A stretch of 64,000 bases of DNA from Usitatibacter sp. (GCA_035626705.1 DASPNE010000005.1:45929-109928); one strand, 5' to 3'; positions 44,308-54,239 are shown, counted from the stretch's first letter. Numbers and translations: made by a program. Notes: a model not told the origin generated them from the sequence alone.

Positions 44308-45261
44308 ATGGCACGTCTCGAAGACCTCTCGGTCGAGGAAATCCGCAAGCGTTTCGTCGACAACCCCGCCCCCGTCTCGGCCCAGACCCTCAACCGGCTG
44401 CAGAAGGACTCGCGCCTGGGCGTGCGCAAGCTGCACGCGGCGCTCAGGAAGCGCTTCGAGCGCGAGCAGAAGGAGCGCGTGCGCCTCGATGCCATGCGCC
44501 ACTTCGAGCTGGTGCTGTGGAAATCGGGCGTGACGGATATCGCGGGCGTGGACGAGGCGGGCGTGGCCCCGCTGGCGGGCCCCGTCGTCGCGGCGGCGGT
44601 GATGTTCGCGCCCAACACCGACATCGAGGGCATCGACGACTCCAAGCGCCTGGACGCGCCGACGCGCGAGCGGCTGGCGGCCGAGATCCGCGCCAAGGCC
44701 TCGGGCGTGAGCGTGGGCATCGCCACCGTCGAGGAAATCGACGCGATCAACATCTACCATGCGTCGCTGCTCGCGATGCGCCGCGCGGTCGAAGGGTTGC
44801 CGCGTATCCCGCAGCACGTGCTGGTGGATGCGCGCACCGTCCCCGGGATCACCGCCCCGCAGAATTCCTTCAACAAGGGCGACGGCATCAACTTCAGCAT
44901 CGCCGCCGCCTCGATCATCGCCAAGACCTCGCGCGACGCGATGATGGAAGCGCTCGATCGCGAATATCCGGGCTACGGCTTCGCCGGCCACAAGGGCTAC
45001 CCGACCCCCGAGCATCGCGAGGCGTTCCTGGAGCTCGGCCCCTGCAAGGCGCACCGCATGTCCTTCCCGGTCATCCACGAGATGCTGGGCGAGTACAGCG
45101 CGCTCTTCTACGAGATGAAGCAGGCGCTTTTCGCCGCGCAGTCGCGCAGCGCGCTCGAGGACTACGAGACAGCGCTCAAGGCGTGCATGGAGCGGCTCTC
45201 GGAGCAGGAGTGCAAGAAGCTGCGCCTGCTGCTCGCAAGGCGCTGGAAGCTCGCAGCCTAG
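44308..45261 (+). CDS. rnhB: Ribonuclease HII with N- and C-terminal extensions
   Basis: 317 aa. IAGVDEAGVAPLAGPVVAAAV (the DEAG catalytic motif), DDSKRL, ASIIAKTSRD, GYGFAGHKGYPTPEH. A ~75-aa N-terminal extension as in Bacillus-type RNase HII, plus a ~60-aa C-terminal tail. Confidence 0.9.
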   Translation: MARLEDLSVEEIRKRFVDNPAPVSAQTLNRLQKDSRLGVRKLHAALRKRFEREQKERVRLDAMRHFELVLWKSGVTDIAGVDEAGVAPLAGPVVAAAVMFAPNTDIEGIDDSKRLDAPTRERLAAEIRAKASGVSVGIATVEEIDAINIYHASLLAMRRAVEGLPRIPQHVLVDARTVPGITAPQNSFNKGDGINFSIAAASIIAKTSRDAMMEALDREYPGYGFAGHKGYPTPEHREAFLELGPCKAHRMSFPVIHEMLGEYSALFYEMKQALFAAQSRSALEDYETALKACMERLSEQECKKLRLLLARRWKLAA

Positions 45262-45270
45262 TGGCGGCGG

Positions 45271-45948
45271 CTACCTGGCGACGGGCTGCTCTGCCAACCG
45301 CGCCCGCAAACGCTCGTTCTCGCGATTGAGCCGATCGTTGGCGCGTGTGAGCTCCTCGCGCGCTTCCAGGGACTGGGCCAGGGTTGCGCGCACGAGATAG
45401 GCAGCGGCGGCGAAGTTAGCCAAGCGTTGCATGACCCGCAGGTGCTCGGCGGCGAATTTCACGGACGGGTCGTGGGAGACCACCCAAACGGTGCCGACGG
45501 TCTCGCCGAGCACATCGAACGGCACGAGCAGCGCCTCCTCGGCGAGGGGCTCGGCCTTGTTCATCTCGGGGAAGTAGAGCTCGGGGTTGGCCATCAGCTG
45601 CGGCGCATGGCGGTCGACGACGACGCCGCACGGGCTCGCCTTGCGCGGCATGAACCCCATCAGGTATCCCGACCACCGCCCGGCGACGGCGTGCCAGCGA
45701 AAGATCGAGGCGCCATTGTCGAGCTCGATGAGGCTGATGCCGGCGCTCTGCGCGCCGCACAGGGACAGGGCCGCATCGGCCAGGCGCTGCAGCACCTCAC
45801 GCTCGCCGCGAGCGAGGGCCTCGGCGAGCGAATCCAGGGTGCGATCCTCGAGCCCGCGGTCGATCGCGCCAAGGGGGCGAGTCGCGAGCACCCTCTGGGC
45901 GCACGCGTCTTCCGGCCAGGCCTGGGGGCTCGAGCTCATGGCCCGCAT
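45271..45948 (-). CDS. GAF-domain protein with C-terminal coiled coil
   Basis: 225 aa. ..LQRLADAALSLCGAQSAGISLIE...FRWHAVAGRW...SPCGVVVDR...LLVPF..GETVGTVWVVSHD.. is the GAF pattern. Starts 1 nt after the PhyH stop. Confidence 0.75.
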   Translation of the reverse strand: MRAMSSSPQAWPEDACAQRVLATRPLGAIDRGLEDRTLDSLAEALARGEREVLQRLADAALSLCGAQSAGISLIELDNGASIFRWHAVAGRWSGYLMGFMPRKASPCGVVVDRHAPQLMANPELYFPEMNKAEPLAEEALLVPFDVLGETVGTVWVVSHDPSVKFAAEHLRVMQRLANFAAAAYLVRATLAQSLEAREELTRANDRLNRENERLRARLAEQPVAR

Positions 45949-45949
45949 T

Positions 45950-46861
45950 CTACATCTTCATCCCGGCCATCTCGCGGGTGTCCTTCTGCTGCAGGTCGAA
46001 GATCGAGGTGTAGCCCCCCGACCAGTCCGGCGGCATGAGGCAGGGGCGCGGATCGTGGTGGGCGAACTGGGCGCGCTTTCCGCGGATGATCGCCTGGTCC
46101 TTCGACGAGCGGATGGGGTTCACGGTGTAGGGGAAGGCGTCCGCCGAGGAAAGCGTGTATAGCAGCAACGGGCGGCCAAGGTCGGAGCTGTTCTTAGGCG
46201 AGCCGTGGATCGTGCGGCAGTTGTGCAGCGTGAGCGAGCCCGCGGGCCCGGTGAGGTACACCGCCTTCTTCACGTCGATCTTCGCCACGTCCTCGGGCGA
46301 GAGGCACCCCACCCATTTCCCGGTGTCGTCGTACTGCGTGAACATCGTGTCGCCCAGGTGGCTGCCCGGGATGATACCGACCGGGCCCATCTCCATCGTC
46401 GTGTCGTAGATGTAGGTCCCGACCGTGAGCGGCGAATAGTTGGTGTGCGGCCAGAAGGAGATGTCGTAATGCCACTTCACCTCCTCGCCGCCCTTGGCCC
46501 ACTTGAAGTTGAGCTTCGAGTGATGGAACTTCACGTCCGGACCGACGAGGTCGGCCACCACATCCCCCACGATCGACTTCGAGACGTAGTCCCAGTACAC
46601 GGGGTGCTGGTCGACCGGCGCGGAAACCCGGCGCAGGCGCGGCGCATCGGGTGAGTGGTCGGGTTCGAGGTCCCACACCGCATCGGACTTCGTGACCTTG
46701 CGGCTCCTCTCGACCAGCTCGTCGGTGGCATCGCGCAACTTCTTCAGCCAGTCGTCGCCGATGATGCGCTCGAGGAGGATGTAGCCCTCGGTGAAGTAGG
46801 ACTCGCGCTGCGATTGCGTGAGCACGCGCGGGGGAATGGCCAGGATCTGCTCGGGGGTCAT
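45950..46861 (-). CDS. Phytanoyl-CoA dioxygenase (PhyH) family Fe(II)/2-oxoglutarate oxygenase
   Basis: Start at MTPEQILAIPPRV (ATG 46861). FTEGYILLERII, KWHYDISFW (HxD) and LTLHNCRTIHGS (distal His). Confidence 0.85.
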   Translation of the reverse strand: MTPEQILAIPPRVLTQSQRESYFTEGYILLERIIGDDWLKKLRDATDELVERSRKVTKSDAVWDLEPDHSPDAPRLRRVSAPVDQHPVYWDYVSKSIVGDVVADLVGPDVKFHHSKLNFKWAKGGEEVKWHYDISFWPHTNYSPLTVGTYIYDTTMEMGPVGIIPGSHLGDTMFTQYDDTGKWVGCLSPEDVAKIDVKKAVYLTGPAGSLTLHNCRTIHGSPKNSSDLGRPLLLYTLSSADAFPYTVNPIRSSKDQAIIRGKRAQFAHHDPRPCLMPPDWSGGYTSIFDLQQKDTREMAGMKM

Positions 46862-46872
46862 TGGAATGCTCC

Positions 46873-48192
46873 TTACTTGGACGTGAGCATCATGGTGGGC
46901 AGCCAGGTGACCAGCTTGGGAAACGCCATCGTGACGACGAGGACTACGATCTGCAGCGCGATGAAGGGCACGACGCCGCGATACATGTCGCGAATGGTGA
47001 TCGAGGGCGGGGCGACCGCGCGCAGGTAGAAGATCGCCGGCGCCATCGGGGGCGTGAGGTAGCTCGTCTGGATCATTATCAGGAAGAGGATGCAGAACCA
47101 CACCGGGTCGAAGCCCGCCGCCTTGACGAGCGGCGTGAAGAGCGGCACGAATATGAGGACGATCGAGATCCAGTCGAGGAAGAAGCCGGCGATGAAGATG
47201 ATCAGCATCATCAGGCCCAGCAGCATCCACGGCGTGAGCTGCAGCTTCTGGATGAGGAGGTTGGCGGTGTTGATGCCGCCGCCGCCCACGAAGACGCCGG
47301 TGAAAAGCGTGCCGGCGAGCAGCACCGTCATGATCATCGTGGTGATCTTCACCGTCTTCACCAGCGCGTCGTAGAAACCCGGCCCGGTAAAGCGCCCGTA
47401 GAGGGCGGTGAGGATCACCGAGGCGATGGCGCCGATGGCGGCAGCCTCCGTGGGCGAGGCCCAGCCCAGCATGATCGAGCCCAGAACGGCGAAGATCATG
47501 AAGAGCGGCGGCACCAGGTTGCGCGTGGTAATCCACAGCTTCTCGCTGAAGGTGGGGTCCCCGGGCTCGGGCGGGATGCGCGGTCCGTTAAGGGGCGCCA
47601 CCGTGCACAGGACGAGGATGTACACGAGGTAGAGCCCGCCCATGAGCAGTCCGGGGAAGACCATGCCGTAGAAGAGGTCCCCCACGGACACGTCGGCGAG
47701 CGGGCCGATCACGATCGCCACCACCGAAGGCGGGATGATGGTGCCGAGCGAGCCGCCGGCGCAGATCGTCCCCGAGATGAGCCCCTTGTCGTAGCCGTAG
47801 CGCAGCATTATCGGGATGGTGAGCAGGCCCACCACCGATTCGGTCGCGCCGATAACGCCCGACGAGGCCGCGAAGATGATGCACATCGAGATGGTGGCCA
47901 GCGCGAGGCCGCCGGGCAGGCGCCGCGTCCAGATGTGGATCGCCTCGAAGAGCTTGTCGGCGATGCCGGACTTCTCCAGCATCGCGCCCATGAAGACGAA
48001 GAGAGGCACGGCGGCGAAGACGAAGTTGGAGGAGATGTCCTCCACCTTGTCGACGAACTGGAACACCACGCGGTTGCCGAAGATGACGAGGCCGAAGAGC
48101 ACCGCGGTGATCATCATCGCGAAGGCGACCTGGACGCCCAGGAACATGAGCAGGAAGGCCACCGGCAGCATCACGAACGGCAAGTACTCCAA
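46873..48192 (-). CDS. dctM: TRAP transporter large permease
   Basis: 439 aa, about 12 TM helices. Typical DctM sequence (..GGLALATISMCIIFAASSGVIGATE..). TTG start directly after the dctQ stop. Confidence 0.92.
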   Translation of the reverse strand: MEYLPFVMLPVAFLLMFLGVQVAFAMMITAVLFGLVIFGNRVVFQFVDKVEDISSNFVFAAVPLFVFMGAMLEKSGIADKLFEAIHIWTRRLPGGLALATISMCIIFAASSGVIGATESVVGLLTIPIMLRYGYDKGLISGTICAGGSLGTIIPPSVVAIVIGPLADVSVGDLFYGMVFPGLLMGGLYLVYILVLCTVAPLNGPRIPPEPGDPTFSEKLWITTRNLVPPLFMIFAVLGSIMLGWASPTEAAAIGAIASVILTALYGRFTGPGFYDALVKTVKITTMIMTVLLAGTLFTGVFVGGGGINTANLLIQKLQLTPWMLLGLMMLIIFIAGFFLDWISIVLIFVPLFTPLVKAAGFDPVWFCILFLIMIQTSYLTPPMAPAIFYLRAVAPPSITIRDMYRGVVPFIALQIVVLVVTMAFPKLVTWLPTMMLTSK

Positions 48193-48708
48193 CTAGGTGC
48201 TCCCCGTGGCGGGCCCGCCCTTGCGGAAGCGCCGCACCGACTTGACCACCTCGGCCAGGATCTGCAGCGCGAGCAGCACGAAGGCCACGAGGAAGATCAC
48301 CCGGAAGGGCCACACCGGCAGGTTCATCGCCGACTGGCCGCTCCTTTCATTTCTCGCGTAGCCCTGGGCGAGGTGCAGCCACAGGGCCCACGAGATCCAG
48401 CTCATCAGCGGCAGCAGCACGGCGTAGGCCGCGAGGTCGATCGCGGCGCGCGTGCGCTGCGAGAAATGGCCGCTGAAGATGTCGATGCGGATGTGCTCGT
48501 CGGTCCTCAGCGCGAAGGCCATGGCGAGCAGGAAGTGGGCGCCGGTGAGGATGTAGCCGATCTCGTAGGCCCAGATGGTGGGCGCGCCGAAGATGTAGCG
48601 GGCGAAGACTTCGTAGCAGGTGGCCAGCACCAGCGGCACCAGGGCGAAGGACGCCATGACGCCGATGGAGCTGGTGACCCTCTCGATATTGCGGACCAGG
48701 AAATCCAC
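48193..48708 (-). CDS. dctQ: TRAP transporter small permease
   Basis: 171 aa from GTG 48708, sharing 1 nt with the dctP TAG. 4 TM helices. YEVFARYIFGAPTIWAYEIGYIL is typical of DctQ. Confidence 0.85.
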   Translation of the reverse strand: MDFLVRNIERVTSSIGVMASFALVPLVLATCYEVFARYIFGAPTIWAYEIGYILTGAHFLLAMAFALRTDEHIRIDIFSGHFSQRTRAAIDLAAYAVLLPLMSWISWALWLHLAQGYARNERSGQSAMNLPVWPFRVIFLVAFVLLALQILAEVVKSVRRFRKGGPATGST

Positions 48709-49772
48709 TACTCCTTCACCTTCACCGTCCGCCAGCGGTCGGCGCCCTTCCACATCGTGTCGAACTGCTTCTGGCTCGCGTGCACGCGGGCGAACCAGGG
48801 GTACTTGTTCTCCTTCGACGTCTTGTCGGCCCAGGTGAGGCCGATCTCGCGGGCCTTGTACTGCACCTCGGCATCCAGCTCGGTGATGATGTTGCCGGCC
48901 TTCTTGTAGAAGTCGAGCGCCTTGGCGTCCTCCTGGCCGATCTTGAGCCAGCTCTCGAAGGTGACGAGCTTCGCCACCGTCTCGATGAGCTTCTTGTCGG
49001 CCGCGGAGAGCTTGTTCCACGCTTCCTTGTTGATGCACAGCTCGAAGGGCGCCGTGGGCTGGTGCACGCCGGGATAAGAGAGGTGCTTGGCGACCTTGTA
49101 GAAGCCCGGGGTGATGTTCTCCCACAACGTGCCCCACTCGGTGGCGTCGATGGCGCCGCGCTCGAGCATCGGGTAGACCTCCCCGCCGGCAGTGGTCACG
49201 GGAGCCGCGCCCAGGTCGCGCGCCATCTCCAGCCACGCGCCGGCGGTGCGCAGCTTGAGGCCCTTGAGGTCGGCGAGCGTCTTCACCGGCTTGCGCGAGT
49301 GGAGGAACACTTCGGCGGTGCGGATGAAGAGCGGCATCGAGATGATGCCCTCGGTCTCGTCGCGGAACTTCTGCTGCATCTCGAGGCCGCCGCCCTCGTA
49401 GATCCAGTGCAGCATGCGCTCGGTGTCGAAGGATCCCGCGTAGCCGCCGAAGAGCACGGTGGTCGGGTCCTTGCCCCAGTCGTAGCCCATCCAGGTGTGG
49501 CCCATCTCCGCCACGCCGTTCTTCACGGTCTCGGGCACCTTGAGCGCGTTGCCGAGCGCGCCGCCCGGGAACACCTGCACCTTGAAGCGCCCGCCGGACA
49601 TCTGGTCGAGGCGCTCGGCGAAGAGCTTGGCGCCCACGTCCATCAGCGGGCCGCTCGCCCAGCCGGTGGCCATCTTCCAGTTGTAGGTGCCGCCCGCCTG
49701 AGCGTGGGCGACCGCCGGGACCGCCATCGCGCTCGCGACGGCGCCGGCCTTCAGGAAATCGCGTTTCTTCAT
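48708..49772 (-). CDS. dctP: TRAP transporter substrate-binding protein (DctP family)
   Basis: Start at MKKRDFLKAGAVASAMAVPAVAHA (ATG 49772) after AAGGAGGAGGAG. A Tat-like leader. 354 aa. Confidence 0.9.
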   Translation of the reverse strand: MKKRDFLKAGAVASAMAVPAVAHAQAGGTYNWKMATGWASGPLMDVGAKLFAERLDQMSGGRFKVQVFPGGALGNALKVPETVKNGVAEMGHTWMGYDWGKDPTTVLFGGYAGSFDTERMLHWIYEGGGLEMQQKFRDETEGIISMPLFIRTAEVFLHSRKPVKTLADLKGLKLRTAGAWLEMARDLGAAPVTTAGGEVYPMLERGAIDATEWGTLWENITPGFYKVAKHLSYPGVHQPTAPFELCINKEAWNKLSAADKKLIETVAKLVTFESWLKIGQEDAKALDFYKKAGNIITELDAEVQYKAREIGLTWADKTSKENKYPWFARVHASQKQFDTMWKGADRWRTVKVKE

Positions 49773-49831
49773 TTGCTCTCCTCCTCCTTGGTTGAGCTTC
49801 CAGGCCTCGCCCCGGGAAGCGGGGCGCAGTT

Positions 49832-50506
49832 TCAAACGTCGGTGCTTACTGTGTCGCGGGTGAATTTCTCGACCGAGTCGATGAGCCGGTCGGTCGCCCT
49901 GGCCGCCCCTTCCTCGTCGCCTTCGGCGATGGCGCGGGCGATGTCGGCGTGAAGTTGCGCGGTCATCGGCATGTCGGCCGCCTGCTTGTAGTGGATGTAC
50001 CAGAAGCGCCGCGAGAGCGAATGCATGAGGCCCATGGCGCCCGCGGCGAACTCGTTGTGGGCGGCCGCCGAGCAGAGCTCGTTGAACTGCCGGTCGGCGC
50101 GCATGAAGGCCACGTCGTCGTCGGTGCGGGCGGACTTCTCGAACCGGCGCACCAGGTCGCGGAAGCCCTCGCGCTCGGCCTCGGTCGCGCGGCGCGCGGC
50201 GCTGCGCGCGATCAACCGCTCGAGCTCGCGGCGCACCTCGAGCAGGCGCAGCTGGCTCTTCACGTCGATGGCGGAGACGACGATGCCACGGCGAGGCAGG
50301 ATGGAGACCAGGCGTTCGCGGGCGAGGCGTTGCAGCGCCTCGCGGATCGGCGTGCGGCCGATGCCGGTAGCAGTGGAGAGCTCGGCTTCCGAGACGACCT
50401 GGCCGGGAGCGAGCTTCAGCGTGACGATCATCTCCTCGAGGTGCAGGTAGGCGAGGTCGGTCAGGCTGTTGGCCGCGGGAGGGGGCAGCTTGCCGCGGCG
50501 GTCCAT
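49832..50506 (-). CDS. GntR-family (FadR/FCD subfamily) transcriptional regulator
   Basis: 224 aa. LKLAPGQVVSEAELSTATGIGRTPIREALQRLARERLVSILPRRG (wHTH) plus a helical FCD-type C domain. Confidence 0.9.
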   Translation of the reverse strand: MDRRGKLPPPAANSLTDLAYLHLEEMIVTLKLAPGQVVSEAELSTATGIGRTPIREALQRLARERLVSILPRRGIVVSAIDVKSQLRLLEVRRELERLIARSAARRATEAEREGFRDLVRRFEKSARTDDDVAFMRADRQFNELCSAAAHNEFAAGAMGLMHSLSRRFWYIHYKQAADMPMTAQLHADIARAIAEGDEEGAARATDRLIDSVEKFTRDTVSTDV

Positions 50507-50507
50507 C

Positions 50508-51407
50508 TCAGTGCTGCTTCCGCTTTTCCACCAGGCCGAGGAATTTCTCGTACTCCTTCTCGTCGACGCCGTAGCTGTGGTCGTCGTCGGGGAAGGTGCC
50601 GGCCTTCACTTCCGAGATGTACTGTGTGATGCCCTTCACCGCGACCTCGGTCAGGTTGGCGAAGCGCTTGGTGAACTTGGGCTTGAAGTCGGTGAAGACC
50701 CCGAGGAGGTCGTGGCAGAGCAGGATCTGGCCATCGGTGCCGGCGCCCGCGCCGATGCCGATGGTCGGAATCTCGAGCTGCCTCGAGATCACCGCGGCGA
50801 TCTTCGCCGGCACGGCCTCGAATTCCAGCATGAAGCAGCCCGCGTCCTGGATGGCCAGCGCGTCCTCGAGGATCTTCATCGCCGCCTCGGCCGTGCGCCC
50901 CTGGATCTTGAAGCCGCCCATCATCGCGATGGTGTGCGGCGTGAGCCCGATGTGGGAGGCGGTCGGGATGCCGGAGTCCACGAGGGCCTTGAGGATGTGG
51001 GCCTGCGACTTGCCCCCCTGGGGCTTGACCGCGTCGCACGCCGCTTCCTGCATGAAGCGCGTGGCGTTGACCAGGGCGCGCTCGACGGTGTTGTAGCTCT
51101 GGTAGGGCATGCACCCGAGCACGAAGGTGTTCGGCGCGCCGCGGCGGATCGCCTGCGAGTGCATGACCATCATGTCCATCGTCGCCGGGATGGTGTTCGG
51201 ATGGCCGTGGGCGATCATCGCGAGGCTGTCGCCCACGACGGCCACGTCCACGCCCGCCATCTCGGCCCAGCGCGCGGCGGTGTACTCGGGCACCGACATG
51301 TACACCATCTTCTCGCCGGTGTGCTTCGAGTCGCGGATCTCCTGGATGGTGCGCTTCTTCCGCTCGGGCTTGGCCGATGCGGCACCGGCGGGTGGCGTTG
51401 CGGACAC
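50508..51407 (-). CDS. panB: 3-methyl-2-oxobutanoate hydroxymethyltransferase (PanB) family protein, probably a paralogue
   Basis: ..VVGDSLAMIAHGHPNTIPATMDMMVMHSQAIRRG...ASHIGLTPH...EFEAVPAKIAAVISRQLEIPTIGIGAG..DGQILLCHDLLG... I prefer GTG 51407 (AGGAGA 4 nt upstream) over TTG 51431. Confidence 0.85.
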   Translation of the reverse strand: MSATPPAGAASAKPERKKRTIQEIRDSKHTGEKMVYMSVPEYTAARWAEMAGVDVAVVGDSLAMIAHGHPNTIPATMDMMVMHSQAIRRGAPNTFVLGCMPYQSYNTVERALVNATRFMQEAACDAVKPQGGKSQAHILKALVDSGIPTASHIGLTPHTIAMMGGFKIQGRTAEAAMKILEDALAIQDAGCFMLEFEAVPAKIAAVISRQLEIPTIGIGAGAGTDGQILLCHDLLGVFTDFKPKFTKRFANLTEVAVKGITQYISEVKAGTFPDDDHSYGVDEKEYEKFLGLVEKRKQH

Positions 51408-51424
51408 GCTTTCTCCTGGTGTTA

Positions 51425-51454
51425 TTGACAACCCGGCTGATCGACAACTAATAT
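51425..51454 (+). promoter_or_regulatory. Candidate sigma70 promoter in the divergent panB-like / hydroxylase intergenic region
   Basis: TTGACA (51425-51430), 18 nt, TAATAT (51449-51454). The spacer holds a direct repeat GACAAC..N10..GACAAC that could be a regulator site. Confidence 0.45.
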
Positions 51455-51500
51455 ATCAGCGGGCGTCCAGCGCAGCAACCCCACGCATCGAGAGGTTCCC

Positions 51501-52328
51501 ATGATGACCGAACGGCAGCGAAAATTCCGCGAGAAGTACCTCTCCGAGGTGAGCCCCTGGTACAACGGCCTGCTGCACGTGGCCGTCACGTTCGGCGTCG
51601 GCGGCGCGGCCATCTGGTGGTGCGTCTCGCGCATGCAGGATGCCCGCTGGGAATGGCTGCTGGTGATCCCGGTGGCGATCGCCGGCAATTTCATCGAGTG
51701 GGGCATGCACCAGCACGTCATGCACCGCCTCAAGGACGTCTGGGCGATCCGCGCGATCTACGACCGCCACACGCGCCAGCACCACCAGTACTTCACCGAC
51801 AACGACCACATCATCCATTCGGTGAAGGAATTCCGCATCGTCTTCTTCCCGTGGCGCCTGCTGGTGGTGCTGGGTACCGCCGGCGCGCTCCTCGGCTGGC
51901 TCACCTCCCTCGCCTGGAACGCCAATGCCGGCTACGTGGTTTTCATCACGATGATGGGCCACTACCTGGTCTACGAGTTCTTCCACTTCTGCTGCCACGT
52001 GCCGGAGAACTGGTTCGTGCGCAACGCGCCCTTCATCAACACGATCCGCCGCCACCACACGGCGCACCACAACATGGGGATCATGATGCACGTGAACATG
52101 AACCTCACGTTTCCCGTGGCGGACTGGGCGCTGGGCACGAGCGACCTCAAGCGCGGCCTGCTTGGCCACCTCTTCAACGGCTACAGCGAGGCGCACGTGA
52201 AGGAGGAGCTCAAGCCCATCATGGCCCGCTTCCGCACCGCCGAGACCCAGGACAGCCGCTGCACGCTGGAAGGCCCTCGCCTCGAGGCCGAGGAGCTGCG
52301 CGTCCTGGCCCGTTCGGGCGCCGACTGA
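51501..52328 (+). CDS. Fatty-acid hydroxylase / sterol-desaturase superfamily membrane enzyme
   Basis: 275 aa. Histidine boxes HQHVMH, HTRQHH and HHTAHH, plus several TM helices. Confidence 0.85.
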   Translation: MMTERQRKFREKYLSEVSPWYNGLLHVAVTFGVGGAAIWWCVSRMQDARWEWLLVIPVAIAGNFIEWGMHQHVMHRLKDVWAIRAIYDRHTRQHHQYFTDNDHIIHSVKEFRIVFFPWRLLVVLGTAGALLGWLTSLAWNANAGYVVFITMMGHYLVYEFFHFCCHVPENWFVRNAPFINTIRRHHTAHHNMGIMMHVNMNLTFPVADWALGTSDLKRGLLGHLFNGYSEAHVKEELKPIMARFRTAETQDSRCTLEGPRLEAEELRVLARSGAD

Positions 52329-52595
52329 GTCGTCCGGCAGGACGGCGGGGCGGCGCGCCTGCCGGCCCGCAGGCGCCGGCACGGAAAAGGCGGCAGCAGC
52401 ACTCCCGTCTTGCGACCGATACGTGATCCCTTGTCGTTTCGTTGCGTGATCCGGGCCTCGCCGGGCCGTGCGCGTCGAGGACAGCAGGAATGTGCTCTTC
52501 ACCGTTAGAACTTTTGCGGTTCCCGGCGGTAGTTGCATTAGGGCCCGCGCGCCTTGCGCGGCGCCGGGACGATCGATACAACGAGGAGGTGGCCA

Positions 52596-53063
52596 GTGGA
52601 ACGCATCGAGCATCGCCAATCACCCGGCGCGGGGCTTCGCGCATACCAGCTGCAACAGGTGCTGGACATCATCGACGCGCGTCTCGCCGAGCCGATCCAG
52701 GTTGCCGAGCTCGCCGCGGCGGCGCACCTGAGCCCGTTTCATTTCTCCCGCATGTTCAAGAAGTCCACCGGGCACGCGCCGCACGCGTACATCACCACGA
52801 GGCGCATGGAGCTCGCCCGCAGGCTGCTCGCTTCCAACGACTTCTCACTCGCCGAGATCGCGACGCGCGTCGGCTACCAGACCCAGGCCCACTTCACCGA
52901 TGTCTTCCGCAAGCACGTGGGAGCGACCCCCGGCGCATACCGGCGCAACGGCCGCGAGCGCCTGCGCTCGAGCGCCCTGCATGCGGTCGCGCAGGTAAGC
53001 AACGTAGCGCCCACCGCGCCTTCCAGCCCTTCACCGGAAACCCTGCAGCCGGCTAACCCGTAA
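52596..53063 (+). CDS. AraC-family transcriptional regulator (short, HTH domain only)
   Basis: GTG 52596 after AGGAGG. VAELAAAAHLSPFHFSRMFKKSTGHAPHAYITTRRMELARRLL..SLAEIATRVGYQTQAHFTDVFRKHVGATPGAYRR. Confidence 0.85.
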   Translation: MERIEHRQSPGAGLRAYQLQQVLDIIDARLAEPIQVAELAAAAHLSPFHFSRMFKKSTGHAPHAYITTRRMELARRLLASNDFSLAEIATRVGYQTQAHFTDVFRKHVGATPGAYRRNGRERLRSSALHAVAQVSNVAPTAPSSPSPETLQPANP

Positions 53064-53067
53064 TCCG

Positions 53068-54129
53068 CTAGGAGGCGAACTCGCGCACTTCCGCCGCGGC
53101 CCGCACCCTCGGCAAGTGCTGCGGGTACTCGCGCTGGAGGAAATCGAGCAGGCCTTCGCGCAGCCGGCACCGAAGGTCCCAGTTGCGGCCGGCGTCGGCC
53201 GAGGAGGCAATGCCGCGCAACTGCACCGCGCGGTCGGTGATCTCGGTCGCCTGCAGTGAGGCGACGCGCCCGTCCCACTCGGGCGCTTCCCTGCACAGGC
53301 GCAGGAATTCCTCGCGCACCGGCTGGATCGGCATCGCGTAGTCGACCCAGAGGTACAGGGTCCCGATGATCTGCGCCGAGGACCGTGTCCAGTTCTGGAA
53401 CGGCTTCTCGATGAAGTGCTGCAGCGGGACCACGAGGCGGCGCTCGTCCCAGACCTTCACCACGACGAACGCGGCGCCGATCTCCTCGATCACGCCCCAC
53501 TCGTTCTCCACGATGACGACGTCGCCGATGCGGATGGGCTGCGTGAAGCCCAGCTGCAGGCCGGCAAACAGGTTGCCGAGAACAGGCCTCGCCGCCAGGC
53601 CGGCGATGATGCCCGCCACGCCGGCCGAGGCCAGCAGGGTGGCGCCGAATTGGCGCACGCCGGGAAAGGTGATGAGGGCGGCGGCGATGCCGAGGATGAT
53701 CGCCAGGACCTGGAGCGTGCGCCCGAGCACGCGCGCCTGCGTGGCCACGCGGCGAGCCTGCAGGTTGTCCGCGGTGTCGATCGGGTGCAGCGCCACGATC
53801 GCCTCGGTGAGCGCGTCCACCGCGCACACCGCCAGCCAGGAAGAAACGCCGATGATGGCCAAGGTAAGTCCGTGGATTGCCGCCGCGCGATGCACGAGCT
53901 CCGGGGAAGTCGCCTGCAACACGAGCTGGAACCCCAGCAGCACCACGAGCCAGCGCGAAGGCACCCGCAGGTGGCGCAGGAACCGCGTGGCGGTCGGCCG
54001 AGAGCGCAGGATGCGGCGCAGCAGGACCACTGCGACAGCGTGCGCGCAGAGCGCCACGATGGCGGCAGCGGCGAGGGCGACAAGGGTGTCCAGCCAGGCG
54101 GACCCGGTGAGGGCAGGGATGATGTCCAT
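53068..54129 (-). CDS. Mechanosensitive ion channel (MscS family)
   Basis: 353 aa with 4-5 TM helices. LFAGLQLGFTQPIRIGDVVIVENEWGVIEEIGAAFVVVKVWDERRLVVP is the MscS beta-domain signature. Confidence 0.9.
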   Translation of the reverse strand: MDIIPALTGSAWLDTLVALAAAAIVALCAHAVAVVLLRRILRSRPTATRFLRHLRVPSRWLVVLLGFQLVLQATSPELVHRAAAIHGLTLAIIGVSSWLAVCAVDALTEAIVALHPIDTADNLQARRVATQARVLGRTLQVLAIILGIAAALITFPGVRQFGATLLASAGVAGIIAGLAARPVLGNLFAGLQLGFTQPIRIGDVVIVENEWGVIEEIGAAFVVVKVWDERRLVVPLQHFIEKPFQNWTRSSAQIIGTLYLWVDYAMPIQPVREEFLRLCREAPEWDGRVASLQATEITDRAVQLRGIASSADAGRNWDLRCRLREGLLDFLQREYPQHLPRVRAAAEVREFAS

Positions 54130-54239
54130 GGGCGTCCGACCACGTTTCGTCGCATGGATTCAACATGCGCAAAGCGCATATATGCAACAAGTTGGAAACC
54201 GTGCGAGTATCCGCGCGTTGCGTACATTACTGGCCAAAG

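Noticed and set aside
43841-44314. N-terminal extension of the 658-aa ORF 42338-44314
   Set aside because: The extension is antisense to the plus-strand secreted-protein gene (43889-44278) and lacks protein-like sequence. A canonical signal peptide starts at the internal ATG 43840.
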